DNA from: a virus
Taxonomy: Duplodnaviria > Caudoviricetes
DNA length: 50,219 nt
Direction: 5' to 3' (one strand)
IMG/VR virus record: IMGVR_UViG_3300033148_005162
Location: 1-50,219 of that record
Part shown: positions 38,316-47,811 of the stretch, piece after piece
How the letters are laid out: every line of letters begins with the position of its first letter
Position numbering within the stretch: position 1 is the first letter of the stretch
The notes under the pieces: generated by a model
Database searches by the model: none
The model's input: only the letters and a program-made list of their open reading frames with translations
What the model was told of the DNA's origin: nothing
Position numbers and translations under genes: made by a program

Positions 38316-38527
38316 TATTTTTCCCTTTCCATTTCTTCAATTTCTTTTTGCGTTGGTTTTCTGTATACTGTAATTCCTGCTTTTACTCCCTCGGTTCCCG
38401 GTATCGGTATGTTTCCAAGTGTGCTAGCTATTCGAATATTACCGGATTGTGTAATTCCGTATTTTCTTGTTAAGTCAATTTCAAAGTGAAGTGTATCGCC
38501 GGTTGTAGATATTTTTATATTCTGCAT
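38315..38527 (-). CDS. small hypothetical protein (IASTxGN type)
   Basis: GGGAGG SD; SG..RIASTLGN..G.K.GI.VY. Confidence 0.75.
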   Translation of the reverse strand: MQNIKISTTGDTLHFEIDLTRKYGITQSGNIRIASTLGNIPIPGTEGVKAGITVYRKPTQKEIEEMEREK

Positions 38528-38594
38528 AAAACCTCCCTTATCTTTCTTTATAAATTAATAGCAATACCTTCCCTGATGAATAAGGGATTGAGAT

Positions 38595-38873
38595 TTATCT
38601 TTCTTTATAAATTAAAACTCTATACGCTGTATATATTGCGATGATTTGGATTGTACTAAAATACTTGCCGGTTATTATATTAATTATTATTAGGGCACAT
38701 ACGTCGAATATTACTTTTAGTATAAATTTTATACTAACCTTTATTTTTTGCTTTAATATTTTTTTCTGATACTCAATTTGTTGAATTTGCTGTTTTGTTT
38801 TCAGTATTTTCTCTGCATGTTTATTGTTTTTTGTATTTTCCGATTTCATACTATTCTCCCTTTTCCCTGACAA
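38595..38873 (-). CDS. hypothetical membrane protein
   Basis: C-terminal hydrophobic segments; start may be 38849. Confidence 0.5.
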   Translation of the reverse strand: MSGKRENSMKSENTKNNKHAEKILKTKQQIQQIEYQKKILKQKIKVSIKFILKVIFDVCALIIINIITGKYFSTIQIIAIYTAYRVLIYKER

Positions 38874-39363
38874 TAGTATTCAATCTATCTTCCCATTTGT
38901 CAAATGTTATTCTATCAAAGAAATCTTTCATATCAAATTTTATCCCCATCGCCATTAATTGCATTTTCGCGATGTCAAATAAATTTTTAGCCTTTGTTAT
39001 TGTTATTTTTGCCTGTTCAATTTGTGCTCTATAATCTTTGATTAAAAAATCGGATAAAATTAAAAATACAATTGATGTTTCAAGAATTGTTGAATTTCCT
39101 GCAGCATCTGTTTTCTGATCCTTTATAAGTCTTTGCAGAAAATCATTCAATTCGATTATTATTCGTCTTATTCTTTCATTTGGCGGCAAACTACACCGTA
39201 TGTTTTTGCTTATTTTATTTATGTTTGAAAGTGCCGCATGTATATCTACACTTATTTTATTCCGTTGTTCGGATTTACATTCCGGCGGACCGTACTTATC
39301 CGTAAAATTATCTATTTGTTCTAATATTAATCGTTTTTTTTGTAATTCTTTATATTGTTCCAT
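38851..39363 (-). CDS. hypothetical helical protein
   Basis: 170 aa, AAGGA SD. Confidence 0.6.
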   Translation of the reverse strand: MEQYKELQKKRLILEQIDNFTDKYGPPECKSEQRNKISVDIHAALSNINKISKNIRCSLPPNERIRRIIIELNDFLQRLIKDQKTDAAGNSTILETSIVFLILSDFLIKDYRAQIEQAKITITKAKNLFDIAKMQLMAMGIKFDMKDFFDRITFDKWEDRLNTIVREKGE

Positions 39364-39395
39364 TATATTAGTTTCCTTTATTGATTATTATAAAA

Positions 39396-39836
39396 TTACT
39401 TTATTTTGTCTAAAGAAATATTACTATTAAAATTACATCCTTCCGCTATCATTTTATTAAAATCTTCTGCATTGGGTATTATCTGAAAGTTAGTAAATAC
39501 CGGAATATTCAATTCTAATGCTAATTCTACTTCTCTACATGATCCAATACTATTTGATATAACTCCTGCCAAAACACATAAATCAGCAGTTTTTTCTAAT
39601 ATCGTTAAATATCCGTTGTAAAATAAATCCTCATTTGTGATACCGCCTAAAAATCCTGTATTACGGTGTGGTATTATAGGCATATATCCAATTTTAAGCA
39701 GATGTTTGCCTACGTTCGTTGCACGATTTATATTTTCCAATTTTTCATAATCATATTCAGAGTTATACTGTCCAATTATGTATGCAATTGTTTTTCTTAT
39801 ATAATTCATAGCTATACTTTCCTTCAATTGTTTCAT
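39396..39836 (-). CDS. nucleoside 2-deoxyribosyltransferase-like fold protein (DUF1937/DUF4406 type)
   Basis: YIIGQY..G.MPIIPH..D..S.G...E...A....IPV. Confidence 0.7.
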   Translation of the reverse strand: MKQLKESIAMNYIRKTIAYIIGQYNSEYDYEKLENINRATNVGKHLLKIGYMPIIPHRNTGFLGGITNEDLFYNGYLTILEKTADLCVLAGVISNSIGSCREVELALELNIPVFTNFQIIPNAEDFNKMIAEGCNFNSNISLDKIK

Positions 39837-41557
39837 TGAATACTGTTTTTGAAGTGATCTGGCAGTAACTGTATATTATCAAATAACAATTTTTTTGCCT
39901 GCGCCTCTATTATATATACATCGCAATAATCATCTATGCTTCGCGTTCCTCTCCCCGCCATTTGTATCATTGTTTGTATTGCAATTGATTTATACCATAA
40001 TTTGCCCAATCCACCAGAGCTATAAAGTCTGGTGGAAACTTTTTTATCCGCCAAAGATTCAAAAGGCGCTTTTGCTATTATGATAAATCTTGCAAGATCA
40101 TCATTAAGAGATATACCCCGTTCCATACTTGGAGATACTAATACTAACGGTTCATTAGATTTTTTAAATTTATCTAAAATTTCATTTCTATTTGCAGCTT
40201 CATGTGTTATTAGCCTGTTTTTAAGTTCCGGATTTTTTACACCTATATTCATTACTTCCTGATTTAATTTATAACTAATGCAATGTATTAATCCTTTCCG
40301 ATCCGGATATAATTTTAATATTTCTTCTATCTTATCAGTTATTTTACCTATATCATTTTTGAAATTCTTGTATGACAGATCGCCGGCCGATTGAATATAT
40401 ATTTTTCGCTTATCCGGATTAAACGTACTCGGAATTGAAATATAGTCAATATCTTGTTTTTTTATCCCAAGCGTTTTAGCTAATATATTAATTGGTGGAA
40501 ATGTCGCTGACATTAGTACTATCTTTCCAGGAGCATGATTTGTAAAGAATTCATTCGTAATATCTTCAGTAAGCCAAGTCGGTGTAAATACCCACTTTGT
40601 TCCTCGATTAGTATGCTGTTCCATCTGTAACCAAGTATCATCTACATACTTAACAAAAAGTTTTAATTGAAACATCATACGTTCTAGTATCTTCTTTTTC
40701 TTCATAGCATTTAATAGCATTGTACTTCCAGGTTGCATAGTCCATATCGAAGATTTTAAATCATACAATATATCTTTTACAATTTCTACAGCATCTTTTG
40801 CCCATGCTTTCCATTCCGGAATAGATGCTTCGCTTGAGGTTGTTTTGTATTTAGGCATTTTAAGTCCAGTTTCCGCTGACATCCTTTGTGTAATAGTCAA
40901 TGATATGAAATTTGTCAATACATTTTCAAGACAATCGGCTTCATCGCAAATCAGATTTGGTATCCCGGAGAATCTGCCAACGAAATTTGTCTCGGTAAAA
41001 TAATATGAATAATTTAAAATTCTCATATCATGTTTTAGTGTTTCTTCTTTTGCTTTGTTATATTGACATTCAGGAATACATTTTCTTGCAATACAATTAT
41101 CTGCTGTTGTCTTTCCGGTTTTATCCGCTCCACAAAGATAGTTAGCTCGACCTTTTAATATTTTAAATTCCGGATATGGAAAATCTTGTATAATTTGTTC
41201 TTGCAATGCTTTTGTTTGTACGAGGTATATAATTCCTCTGTGCAGTTTATCCCGGAAGTGGAGCATCTTTCCTGCTACGGCACCCACAAGAGATTTTCCC
41301 GATCCGGTCGGACCTTCAATTACTATAATTCTTTTTTCGCTTTCTACGATAAATTCTATCGCTTCGATTTGTCCAGGTCTAAATTCCTTATCTCGGTAAT
41401 TACTAAAGAATTTATCTTTTACATCATCCGGCGATAGTAATGCAGCATTATCTAATACTCTTATATTGCGAATTGGACTAATAATTTCAGATTCGATTTC
41501 TTTAGTTTCATGATCACTAAAACTATTAAGCAATTCTACATCCTCATTATTATTCAT
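39833..41557 (-). CDS. DinG/XPD-family SF2 helicase with Fe-S cluster
   Basis: FRPGQ, GPTGSGKS, KGRANYLC..C..C..C, DEAD, MSAT, QMAGRGTR. Confidence 0.9.
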   Translation of the reverse strand: MNNNEDVELLNSFSDHETKEIESEIISPIRNIRVLDNAALLSPDDVKDKFFSNYRDKEFRPGQIEAIEFIVESEKRIIVIEGPTGSGKSLVGAVAGKMLHFRDKLHRGIIYLVQTKALQEQIIQDFPYPEFKILKGRANYLCGADKTGKTTADNCIARKCIPECQYNKAKEETLKHDMRILNYSYYFTETNFVGRFSGIPNLICDEADCLENVLTNFISLTITQRMSAETGLKMPKYKTTSSEASIPEWKAWAKDAVEIVKDILYDLKSSIWTMQPGSTMLLNAMKKKKILERMMFQLKLFVKYVDDTWLQMEQHTNRGTKWVFTPTWLTEDITNEFFTNHAPGKIVLMSATFPPINILAKTLGIKKQDIDYISIPSTFNPDKRKIYIQSAGDLSYKNFKNDIGKITDKIEEILKLYPDRKGLIHCISYKLNQEVMNIGVKNPELKNRLITHEAANRNEILDKFKKSNEPLVLVSPSMERGISLNDDLARFIIIAKAPFESLADKKVSTRLYSSGGLGKLWYKSIAIQTMIQMAGRGTRSIDDYCDVYIIEAQAKKLLFDNIQLLPDHFKNSIQ

Positions 41558-41559
41558 TA

Positions 41560-41838
41560 CTAATCCCCTTGGTTAGTTTCTTCGATGAATTTATCAATTT
41601 CCTTCCTAATCTTCTTTAATCGTTCTAATAATCTTTTTTCATTACCTTTAAATTCGTAATAGTGTTTTTGTTTTTTATCGTATTCATGCCGACATTTTTT
41701 ACACATACTGGATTTTCCGTCAGCATTTCTCTTATCATTATGAAATTCATCCAAAGACTTTTCTACTTTGCATTTTCTACACATTTTACTTTTCGGCCCT
41801 TCGTCATAATTCAATTGATTTATATTTTTATTATCCAT
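41560..41838 (-). CDS. Zn-finger protein (HNH-endonuclease-type N-terminal finger without HNH domain)
   Basis: KMCRKCKVEKSLDEF..DG..SMCKKC; no HNH residues. Confidence 0.7.
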   Translation of the reverse strand: MDNKNINQLNYDEGPKSKMCRKCKVEKSLDEFHNDKRNADGKSSMCKKCRHEYDKKQKHYYEFKGNEKRLLERLKKIRKEIDKFIEETNQGD

Positions 41839-41858
41839 TGTCCTATACCAAATTTTAT

Positions 41859-42154
41859 TAACACGCTAATACATTAATACAATAATACATTATTTTATAT
41901 ATGCTTTTTTCTGTTCCCCTATTATAATAATAAGTGTACACCGTAGGGAAGTTTTTGCATCTCTTAATACAATAATACTTTAATACTTTAATACCTTATT
42001 ACTTTATTACTTTATTATTGTTGTTTTTATGTTCTTTAATACATTAATACCTTATTACATTAATACCTTATTACACTATTATATATATGTTAATACATTA
42101 TTACATTAACACTCTAATACATTAATACAATAATACGTTATTACATTATCACAT
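41859..42154. repeat. array of ~25 tandem octamers, consensus TA(A/T)TAC(A/C/T)T, in four blocks
   Basis: Blocks 41859-41890, 41965-42020, 42037-42084, 42091-42154; non-coding. Confidence 0.92.
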
Positions 42155-42155
42155 T

Positions 42156-42377
42156 TTATATTCCCATATCAACTGACATATTAGAAAATAGTATATTATT
42201 ACATCTTACACAAAAAAGAGTCATCTTACGTTTAGGGATATCTTTTCTGCGTTGATGTAATCTATAAAACCCCTGCTTAGGAAATATATACATTCCGCAA
42301 TGATAACAATTTCCTGCATGTTTATTAATTGTAATTTTATCTCTATCCAAAATAGTTTTTTGTTTTTCAATTTTCAT
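42156..42377 (-). CDS. small Cys-containing hypothetical protein
   Basis: CYHC..CVRC. Confidence 0.6.
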   Translation of the reverse strand: MKIEKQKTILDRDKITINKHAGNCYHCGMYIFPKQGFYRLHQRRKDIPKRKMTLFCVRCNNILFSNMSVDMGI

Positions 42378-42868
42378 TATTTGTACCTCGCAACTTTTTT
42401 TAATTCGGTTTTATACTGCTCCATTTCTATTACTATGTTATTTTTATTTTTTATACTACTTGCTAATATCTTTTTTTGTAAAACATTTACCTCTTCTAAT
42501 AATTCTTGCTGGCGTTCTGTTGCAGCTATTCGATTTAACTGATTTAATATTTCTCTTAATTCAGTTACTTCATGTACGTTCTGCTCCATTATTTCGATAG
42601 CAACATGACAGCCTACAGCTATAAGACTCCTCAATAATGCTGATTTACTTTTAAACCAACCCTTTGGTGCCTTTTCATGAATTCCCTCTATGACATCTAT
42701 TAATGCCGGTCGCACCCGTATATTTATAGGTGCACTATGACCTTTCCGATCTACTCCAGGTACCCCATGTAAAAATAGATTTAGCAATTCTTTCGATCTT
42801 TCATCTTTATATTTTTCCTCTGCGTCTTGTTTTCCCCAATTACTATTATTTTTTCCTTTTATTTTCAT
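42377..42868 (-). CDS. ribbon-helix-helix-like DNA-binding protein with C-terminal coiled coil
   Basis: PINIRVRPALIDVIE..FKSKSALLRSLI matches RHH beta-alpha-alpha pattern. Confidence 0.6.
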   Translation of the reverse strand: MKIKGKNNSNWGKQDAEEKYKDERSKELLNLFLHGVPGVDRKGHSAPINIRVRPALIDVIEGIHEKAPKGWFKSKSALLRSLIAVGCHVAIEIMEQNVHEVTELREILNQLNRIAATERQQELLEEVNVLQKKILASSIKNKNNIVIEMEQYKTELKKVARYK

Positions 42869-43362
42869 ATTTCCCTCAAAACTTTATAAGATTGTATTAA
42901 GTGATCTAATACGAAACGTTCTATTTCGTTTCGATTTTTATTATAGTAAATATGTATTCCATACCTAACTCTTGCACTTCTTAAAAATCCTCGAATTGTT
43001 TCTGATGTTAGCTGACTATAAGCCGGAATATTATATGGATTGTTTGTTTCAATTACCAATGCCTTAAAGAACATATCCCGCATCGCTTCCATCTTCTTTA
43101 TAGTACGACTTCTTTCCTTTCCTACATATAACAAAAAATCACTTGTTTGTTTTCTTTCAATAGTTACTTTGTTTTCTAATCCAACAATACTATAATCGCC
43201 ATGCTTTAATGCTTTATATACAATCTTTATTCCTATCTGTGGCTTGCTAAACAAAGGCGTCTGTTCCCTTGTATCTATCACTAATATAAATCCCTTTGGA
43301 ATACTTAATTTCCTAAATTTATTTAATGGTTTTAAAACTTTTGAACGTTTACATATTTCCAT
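42865..43362 (-). CDS. ERCC4/XPF-family nuclease
   Basis: IDTREQ, GDYS, IERKQTSD. Confidence 0.9.
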   Translation of the reverse strand: MEICKRSKVLKPLNKFRKLSIPKGFILVIDTREQTPLFSKPQIGIKIVYKALKHGDYSIVGLENKVTIERKQTSDFLLYVGKERSRTIKKMEAMRDMFFKALVIETNNPYNIPAYSQLTSETIRGFLRSARVRYGIHIYYNKNRNEIERFVLDHLIQSYKVLREI

Positions 43363-43364
43363 TA

Positions 43365-43610
43365 TTATTTCCCCGATAAAGGTTTAGCGGATTTTCCCAT
43401 TTTAGCCATTTCTTCTCTTTTTGCAAAATCTTTTATTGAGTCCATTATATTTAATTGTTTTGCTGTTAAATATTTTGGTGTAATATTATACTGCGCTCTA
43501 TATATTTTAACTTTGCTTAAAATATAAACTATTATTGCTATAGTTATTATTGCTATTACCGGAAATACGTAATAGTCGACTAACAATCCTTCAGGTGTAA
43601 ATTCTACCAT
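43365..43610 (-). CDS. small single-TM membrane protein
   Basis: Hydrophobic segment VFPVIAIITIAIIVYIL. Confidence 0.6.
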   Translation of the reverse strand: MVEFTPEGLLVDYYVFPVIAIITIAIIVYILSKVKIYRAQYNITPKYLTAKQLNIMDSIKDFAKREEMAKMGKSAKPLSGK

Positions 43611-43653
43611 TTTATACTTACCTTTTCTTATTTATCTATTTTGTACTTTTATA

Positions 43654-43736
43654 ATTTCCTGCCATCTTTTTTTTATACTCCCCGTTGTTTCCCGGACAAC
43701 GATTGCTATTAATTATATTTAAAGATGGCAGGAAAT
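43654..43736. repeat. 16-bp perfect inverted repeat enclosing a second hairpin
   Basis: ATTTCCTGCCATCTTT (43654-43669) / AAAGATGGCAGGAAAT (43721-43736); inner CGTTGT..ACAACG 43683-43701. Confidence 0.85.
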
Positions 43737-43772
43737 ATTTGTTATGGTACTATATATGCAACCTCCTTATTT

Positions 43773-44294
43773 TTATTCAGGCCATTCGTCATCATCTGTA
43801 TCTGACGACGATTCATTTACTTTTGCTTTTGTGTTTTCTGTAGATTTTTTCGTTTTTGTATTTTTATCTCCTACCATAAATATTTTGTCAACCTGCGGGA
43901 AAACAATATCCGGATCTTTCTTTGATTTTTGATGGGATATTTCCGCATCAAAAATTCTTCCCGGTAATTTTATTGCACAAGCCTCCAGAACATCCTGGTC
44001 CATAATTTCGGTATCATCCGGAAATCTTTTTTCGAATGCTTTTGCCATCTTTGTACAGACTAGAATATCCGCAAGTTTCGTTTCTCCGAATTTAGAAAAT
44101 GGCAAATAAATTGTCATTTGTTCACCGGTTCTTTCCTCGTTTTCGTCGATTCTCTCAATTGGAATCGCAAAAGATTCCTTTTGAGTTGTTTCAGAAATAT
44201 GATTTCGTAATCCTTCGAGGATTACGAACGTCGATCTACCCTCTGGAGGAACTTGAAACCCCCAATCTGATCCACTATGTCCATCTACTTTCAT
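43773..44294 (-). CDS. putative single-stranded DNA-binding protein (DUF669-like)
   Basis: FQVPPEG start, acidic aromatic C-terminus DDDEWPE, in Sak4-like module. Confidence 0.6.
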   Translation of the reverse strand: MKVDGHSGSDWGFQVPPEGRSTFVILEGLRNHISETTQKESFAIPIERIDENEERTGEQMTIYLPFSKFGETKLADILVCTKMAKAFEKRFPDDTEIMDQDVLEACAIKLPGRIFDAEISHQKSKKDPDIVFPQVDKIFMVGDKNTKTKKSTENTKAKVNESSSDTDDDEWPE

Positions 44295-44352
44295 AATTAC
44301 TTCCTTTCTTATTTGTGTTAACGAAATGATATAACCTTATTAGTTATACCGT

Positions 44353-45087
44353 TTATTTTACTCTTAATTGTTCTTGCTTGTAAATTTTTACACCCGGTAT
44401 TTCTCTTACGCCATTAGATACTGCTTTTTTAATTTTAGCTTCATCTGGTTTTAAATATTGAATTGGCACAACATCCGGGTCTATCACCTCAAACTTCCAT
44501 AGTTTTACAATTGTTGTTTGAGTTCCTGATTCTTCAAATCTTTGTGTTTTTAATTTAGCCCTATTTTCTAATTCTTGCTGTTTTTCTTGTTCCTGTTTAG
44601 CCTCCTCTATAAGATTTTCCTCAATTTGATTATACATTTTATTATGCTCTCCTATTTCTGTAACCTCCTTTCCTTTTTTAAGTCTTTCTAGTTGTTTTTG
44701 TCGTTCACGTTCTTCTTCTTCTAGTTCTCTACGTTTTTGCTCAGCCTCTTCTTTAATTTTACGTTCAAAACATAAAATTTTATTTTTTGTTTCTGATTCA
44801 AAATTTCTAAAAACATCGATATGTTTTTTGAAATAATTATTAATCGATTTTACTTTATCATTTAAAGGTTTAACTTTTGCCTTTCGCAAATCCTCCATGA
44901 ATTTTATAAACTTTTTCGCAGTCGATATGCTTGTCGTTGCAAACTCCTTACTATTGTCATTGTTGACTATAAGATTCTTACTTTCATCTTTTATAATAAT
45001 CTCGACCTCTTTTAGCTTAGCATTGAATATTTTCATATCCTGTTTACTAATTTCTTTAATCAATTCTAATTTATTTTCTAATTCCAT
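44353..45087 (-). CDS. coiled-coil recombination-module protein (Gp157/Gam-like C-terminus)
   Basis: C-terminal EVIDPDVVP..YL..DEAKIKKAV..GVREIPGV. Confidence 0.6.
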   Translation of the reverse strand: MELENKLELIKEISKQDMKIFNAKLKEVEIIIKDESKNLIVNNDNSKEFATTSISTAKKFIKFMEDLRKAKVKPLNDKVKSINNYFKKHIDVFRNFESETKNKILCFERKIKEEAEQKRRELEEEERERQKQLERLKKGKEVTEIGEHNKMYNQIEENLIEEAKQEQEKQQELENRAKLKTQRFEESGTQTTIVKLWKFEVIDPDVVPIQYLKPDEAKIKKAVSNGVREIPGVKIYKQEQLRVK

Positions 45088-45116
45088 TTTTAATTCCTCC
45101 TCCTGTCAATTAAATG

Positions 45117-45875
45117 TTATTCTATACTGAAAATTTTGGTAAGATTAAGAGGACCTGCCGTAACACTAGTTTTTCCTGTCCATTTATGAAGAAAATCTTC
45201 TTCACCGGCGAATACTATTTTAGGAGGATATGTTATTTTATCGTCTTTAATTCTCGATTCTACCCTTCCTATTAAGTCAAAATATGAAGGCATTGAATCG
45301 CTGAACTCTCTACCTTTAAGCGCAGGTGCTGCTGCAAGTTCTCTATTCCATTTTGGATACTGTTGTTCTAGTGCAGTTATAACTATATTTACACCTTGCT
45401 TTGAGTATTTTCCAAGTCTCCGCATCATTCGATTCATATTGCCAGATAATCCGCCATAACCTTCTATTGTTAATTTCGATTTGGAAACTATTGGTTTTAT
45501 TTTTTGTTCAGTTTCGCTTCTAGCTTGAAACGCTTCATTTTCTATCTCCTCAGAAAGATGAATATTCATCAAATACGAAATATTATCAAGAAATAATGTT
45601 TTTAATTTTATTATCATTCTTGATTTGTTTTCTAAAAATTCAAGAAAGTCTTCCCAGCCTTCATATTGAAAAATATTTAATTGATTTTTGAGTTCCGGTC
45701 TGTCCGCTGCAGTAATTGCGGTTTTTAGACTACGTTCCTCAAATTGAACTACACCGATTGGTAGTGGTGCACTTTGTAATACGCTGCAAGTTTTCCCAAT
45801 ACCGGTTGGACCGTATATCAGGATTATTTTTCCTTGAGGTGTGTTTATTACATCTTCTACATCAAAAACTTTCAT
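45117..45875 (-). CDS. AAA_24 / Sak4-like ssDNA-annealing ATPase
   Basis: LIYGPTGIGKT, LFLDNIS, FDLIGR; between nuclease and SSB-like gene. Confidence 0.82.
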   Translation of the reverse strand: MKVFDVEDVINTPQGKIILIYGPTGIGKTCSVLQSAPLPIGVVQFEERSLKTAITAADRPELKNQLNIFQYEGWEDFLEFLENKSRMIIKLKTLFLDNISYLMNIHLSEEIENEAFQARSETEQKIKPIVSKSKLTIEGYGGLSGNMNRMMRRLGKYSKQGVNIVITALEQQYPKWNRELAAAPALKGREFSDSMPSYFDLIGRVESRIKDDKITYPPKIVFAGEEDFLHKWTGKTSVTAGPLNLTKIFSIE

Positions 45876-46075
45876 ACCCTCTCCTTAATTTTTGTTTTAT
45901 CGTTATTGTTTTTCCTCTTTATAACCTGATTAAAATAATCAATACCTAAAAATAAAAATAGAATTGATGCTGAAATTAATATAAAAATATCTGAATACTG
46001 AATAATAAAATCTTGTTTATTCATTTTATTTATCTCCCAACTGCAATAATGTAAAATCTTTAAATTCTCCTGCAT
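45872..46075 (-). CDS. small membrane protein
   Basis: One TM; likely start near 46024. Confidence 0.45.
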   Translation of the reverse strand: MQENLKILHYCSWEINKMNKQDFIIQYSDIFILISASILFLFLGIDYFNQVIKRKNNNDKTKIKERV

Positions 46076-47078
46076 TTACTCGTTGAGTTACCTCATCAAT
46101 TGTATATAATAACTCGCTGGCCTGTCCCTGTTGTGTTTCACATATTTCCATGTATTCGCAGCGCTGTCCATAACTCATACATCCGGTTCTTTGCTCGTAA
46201 AAATGATGTACATTATCTTCCGCCTCTCCCTGCTGTATGTCCATATGTACTTTTATTAATTTTTCTTTAATGGCATTTAGAGGAAAATCATCACGATAAA
46301 ACTTTATACCATAATCGTTTATTTCTCTTTTATAGCCGATAAAATAATGAGACGGGCGGGACAAAATATCTGTCAATATCTGACGTTCAAACAAATCGGG
46401 GTCTTCCGGAGTTTTATAACTCTTCCTTTTGTCGGGTATTCTTACTATTTTTACTATACAATACTCAAAGTCTGGATTTAAAAGAAAATACATTGCAGAC
46501 TGTGGAGTCATACTATATACATTATCATAATATTGCGGTCTACCGGTTAGCTTCATTTCGATAAAATGGTGAGAAAAAGAAAAATCAGTTATTCCTTTTG
46601 CTACTATTTTTTCCTTATTTTCATTCGATATAATTCTTGAAATTTCTTTTTGATACTCAATGTTAAACGTGTCTACCTCACCAAAAATTTTCCGGTGAGC
46701 TTTAAATAATGCTTTTACTTTTGCTACGTCAAACGGATCGATTTCGTACTCTTCAATTGTTTCATTGATCGTACTTGCGGGTATTTGCTTGTAACGTACT
46801 CCCATTGCTATATCCCATAATTTCCCCGCCTTAACCGGTGCTGGCATTTTGTAAGGATGTCTTATAACTCCACAAATATAACGTAAGAAATATTTGCGTC
46901 TACAGGTATCCCAGAATGTTAATTGAGAATTAGATATATATGGTAACAATTCAGCCTCCCTTTCTTCACATCGGAAATTAGAAAAACTACAAAATCCGAT
47001 ATTGTCGTTTGGATTTCCCGGTATGTAATGTATACAATAACTATTACTAGTTTCATGTCTACGATTACATACTAACAT
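46026..47078 (-). CDS. PD-(D/E)xK (Cas4/AddB-like) exonuclease with Fe-S cysteines
   Basis: ISNSQL..C.RKY; G..D..EMK; Q..MY; C..CEY..C. Confidence 0.85.
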   Translation of the reverse strand: MLVCNRRHETSNSYCIHYIPGNPNDNIGFCSFSNFRCEEREAELLPYISNSQLTFWDTCRRKYFLRYICGVIRHPYKMPAPVKAGKLWDIAMGVRYKQIPASTINETIEEYEIDPFDVAKVKALFKAHRKIFGEVDTFNIEYQKEISRIISNENKEKIVAKGITDFSFSHHFIEMKLTGRPQYYDNVYSMTPQSAMYFLLNPDFEYCIVKIVRIPDKRKSYKTPEDPDLFERQILTDILSRPSHYFIGYKREINDYGIKFYRDDFPLNAIKEKLIKVHMDIQQGEAEDNVHHFYEQRTGCMSYGQRCEYMEICETQQGQASELLYTIDEVTQRVNAGEFKDFTLLQLGDK

Positions 47079-47270
47079 TTATTCCTCTGTGAATATTTTT
47101 TTTTGTGTAGAATTTAGAAGTTTGGATATTAATTGTTTTTCAACTGGTGTCGGATTGATTCTTCCTTTTACAATCTGACTAATTTGCGATTCGGAAATAC
47201 CAATCACTTTACTAAATTTGCGTTGAGTTCCATATTTTTTTAATATTGCTTTTTTTAATTCAAAATTCAT
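47079..47270 (-). CDS. XRE/Cro-like HTH regulator
   Basis: TQRKFSKVIGISESQISQIVKGRINP. Confidence 0.88.
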   Translation of the reverse strand: MNFELKKAILKKYGTQRKFSKVIGISESQISQIVKGRINPTPVEKQLISKLLNSTQKKIFTEE

Positions 47271-47348
47271 TTGATATTCCTTTATAAAATAAAAAAATAT
47301 TCTCCTGTCTATTGTTGAATTTTTGCCTTCCCGGTTTTAATTGATTTC

Positions 47349-47377
47349 AATATAATCAATGAAAAGCAGTTTGTCAA
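47349..47377 (-). promoter_or_regulatory. sigma70-type promoter TTGACA-N17-TATATT for HTH/recombination operon
   Basis: TTGACA 47377-47372, TATATT 47354-47349; same hexamers and spacing as promoter at 603-631. Confidence 0.8.
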
Positions 47378-47437
47378 CAAAAAAATTTAAAAAAAATTTA
47401 AAATTAATTACTTTATTGACTTAATTATCAATTATTC

Positions 47438-47662
47438 CTATTCAATCCCTTTAATAATATCCGATAAATCCACAATGAGTTCGGGATTGTTTGCCACTAT
47501 TGTAAACAATATTTTTGTTGATTTCTTTGGTATTGTACCGGTTCTTATCCATTTATGATATTGCGCCGGTGTAATACCAAAATAATAACAAAACTTATTG
47601 ATATTCATACCAAACCTGTTTCGCATTTCATCTAAGTCTTTTGTATTTTTTATAATTTTCAT
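47438..47662 (-). CDS. HTH protein
   Basis: MRNRFGMNINKFCYYFGITPAQYHKW..G..P. Confidence 0.8.
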   Translation of the reverse strand: MKIIKNTKDLDEMRNRFGMNINKFCYYFGITPAQYHKWIRTGTIPKKSTKILFTIVANNPELIVDLSDIIKGIE

Positions 47663-47757
47663 TGTATCTCCTATTTTTTTATTGTTATTTTACAAATAAT
47701 TACTTATATTATGCTAACACTCCTCCTCGTGTTAGTTTTTGGATTTCCTCTATTAAG

Positions 47758-47795
47758 AAAGGGATAGGATGCAATATTTATCTTATCCCTTTTTT
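47758..47795. terminator. probable bidirectional intrinsic terminator
   Basis: AAAGGGATAGGAT..ATCTTATCCCTTT with A/T runs on both sides. Confidence 0.65.
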
Positions 47796-47811
47796 AATTG
47801 TCTGCTATATT

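Noticed and set aside
18598-39836. Stop-codon reassignment
   Set aside because: Genes are full length in code 11, and TGA/TAG stops coincide with next-gene starts (ATGA overlaps at 18598-18601 and 39833-39836)
41560-41838. Active HNH homing endonuclease
   Set aside because: Only the Zn-finger part is present; no catalytic HNH motif
41859-42154. CRISPR array
   Set aside because: 8-bp units with no unique spacers; the Cas4-like gene sits in a phage recombination module with no other cas genes
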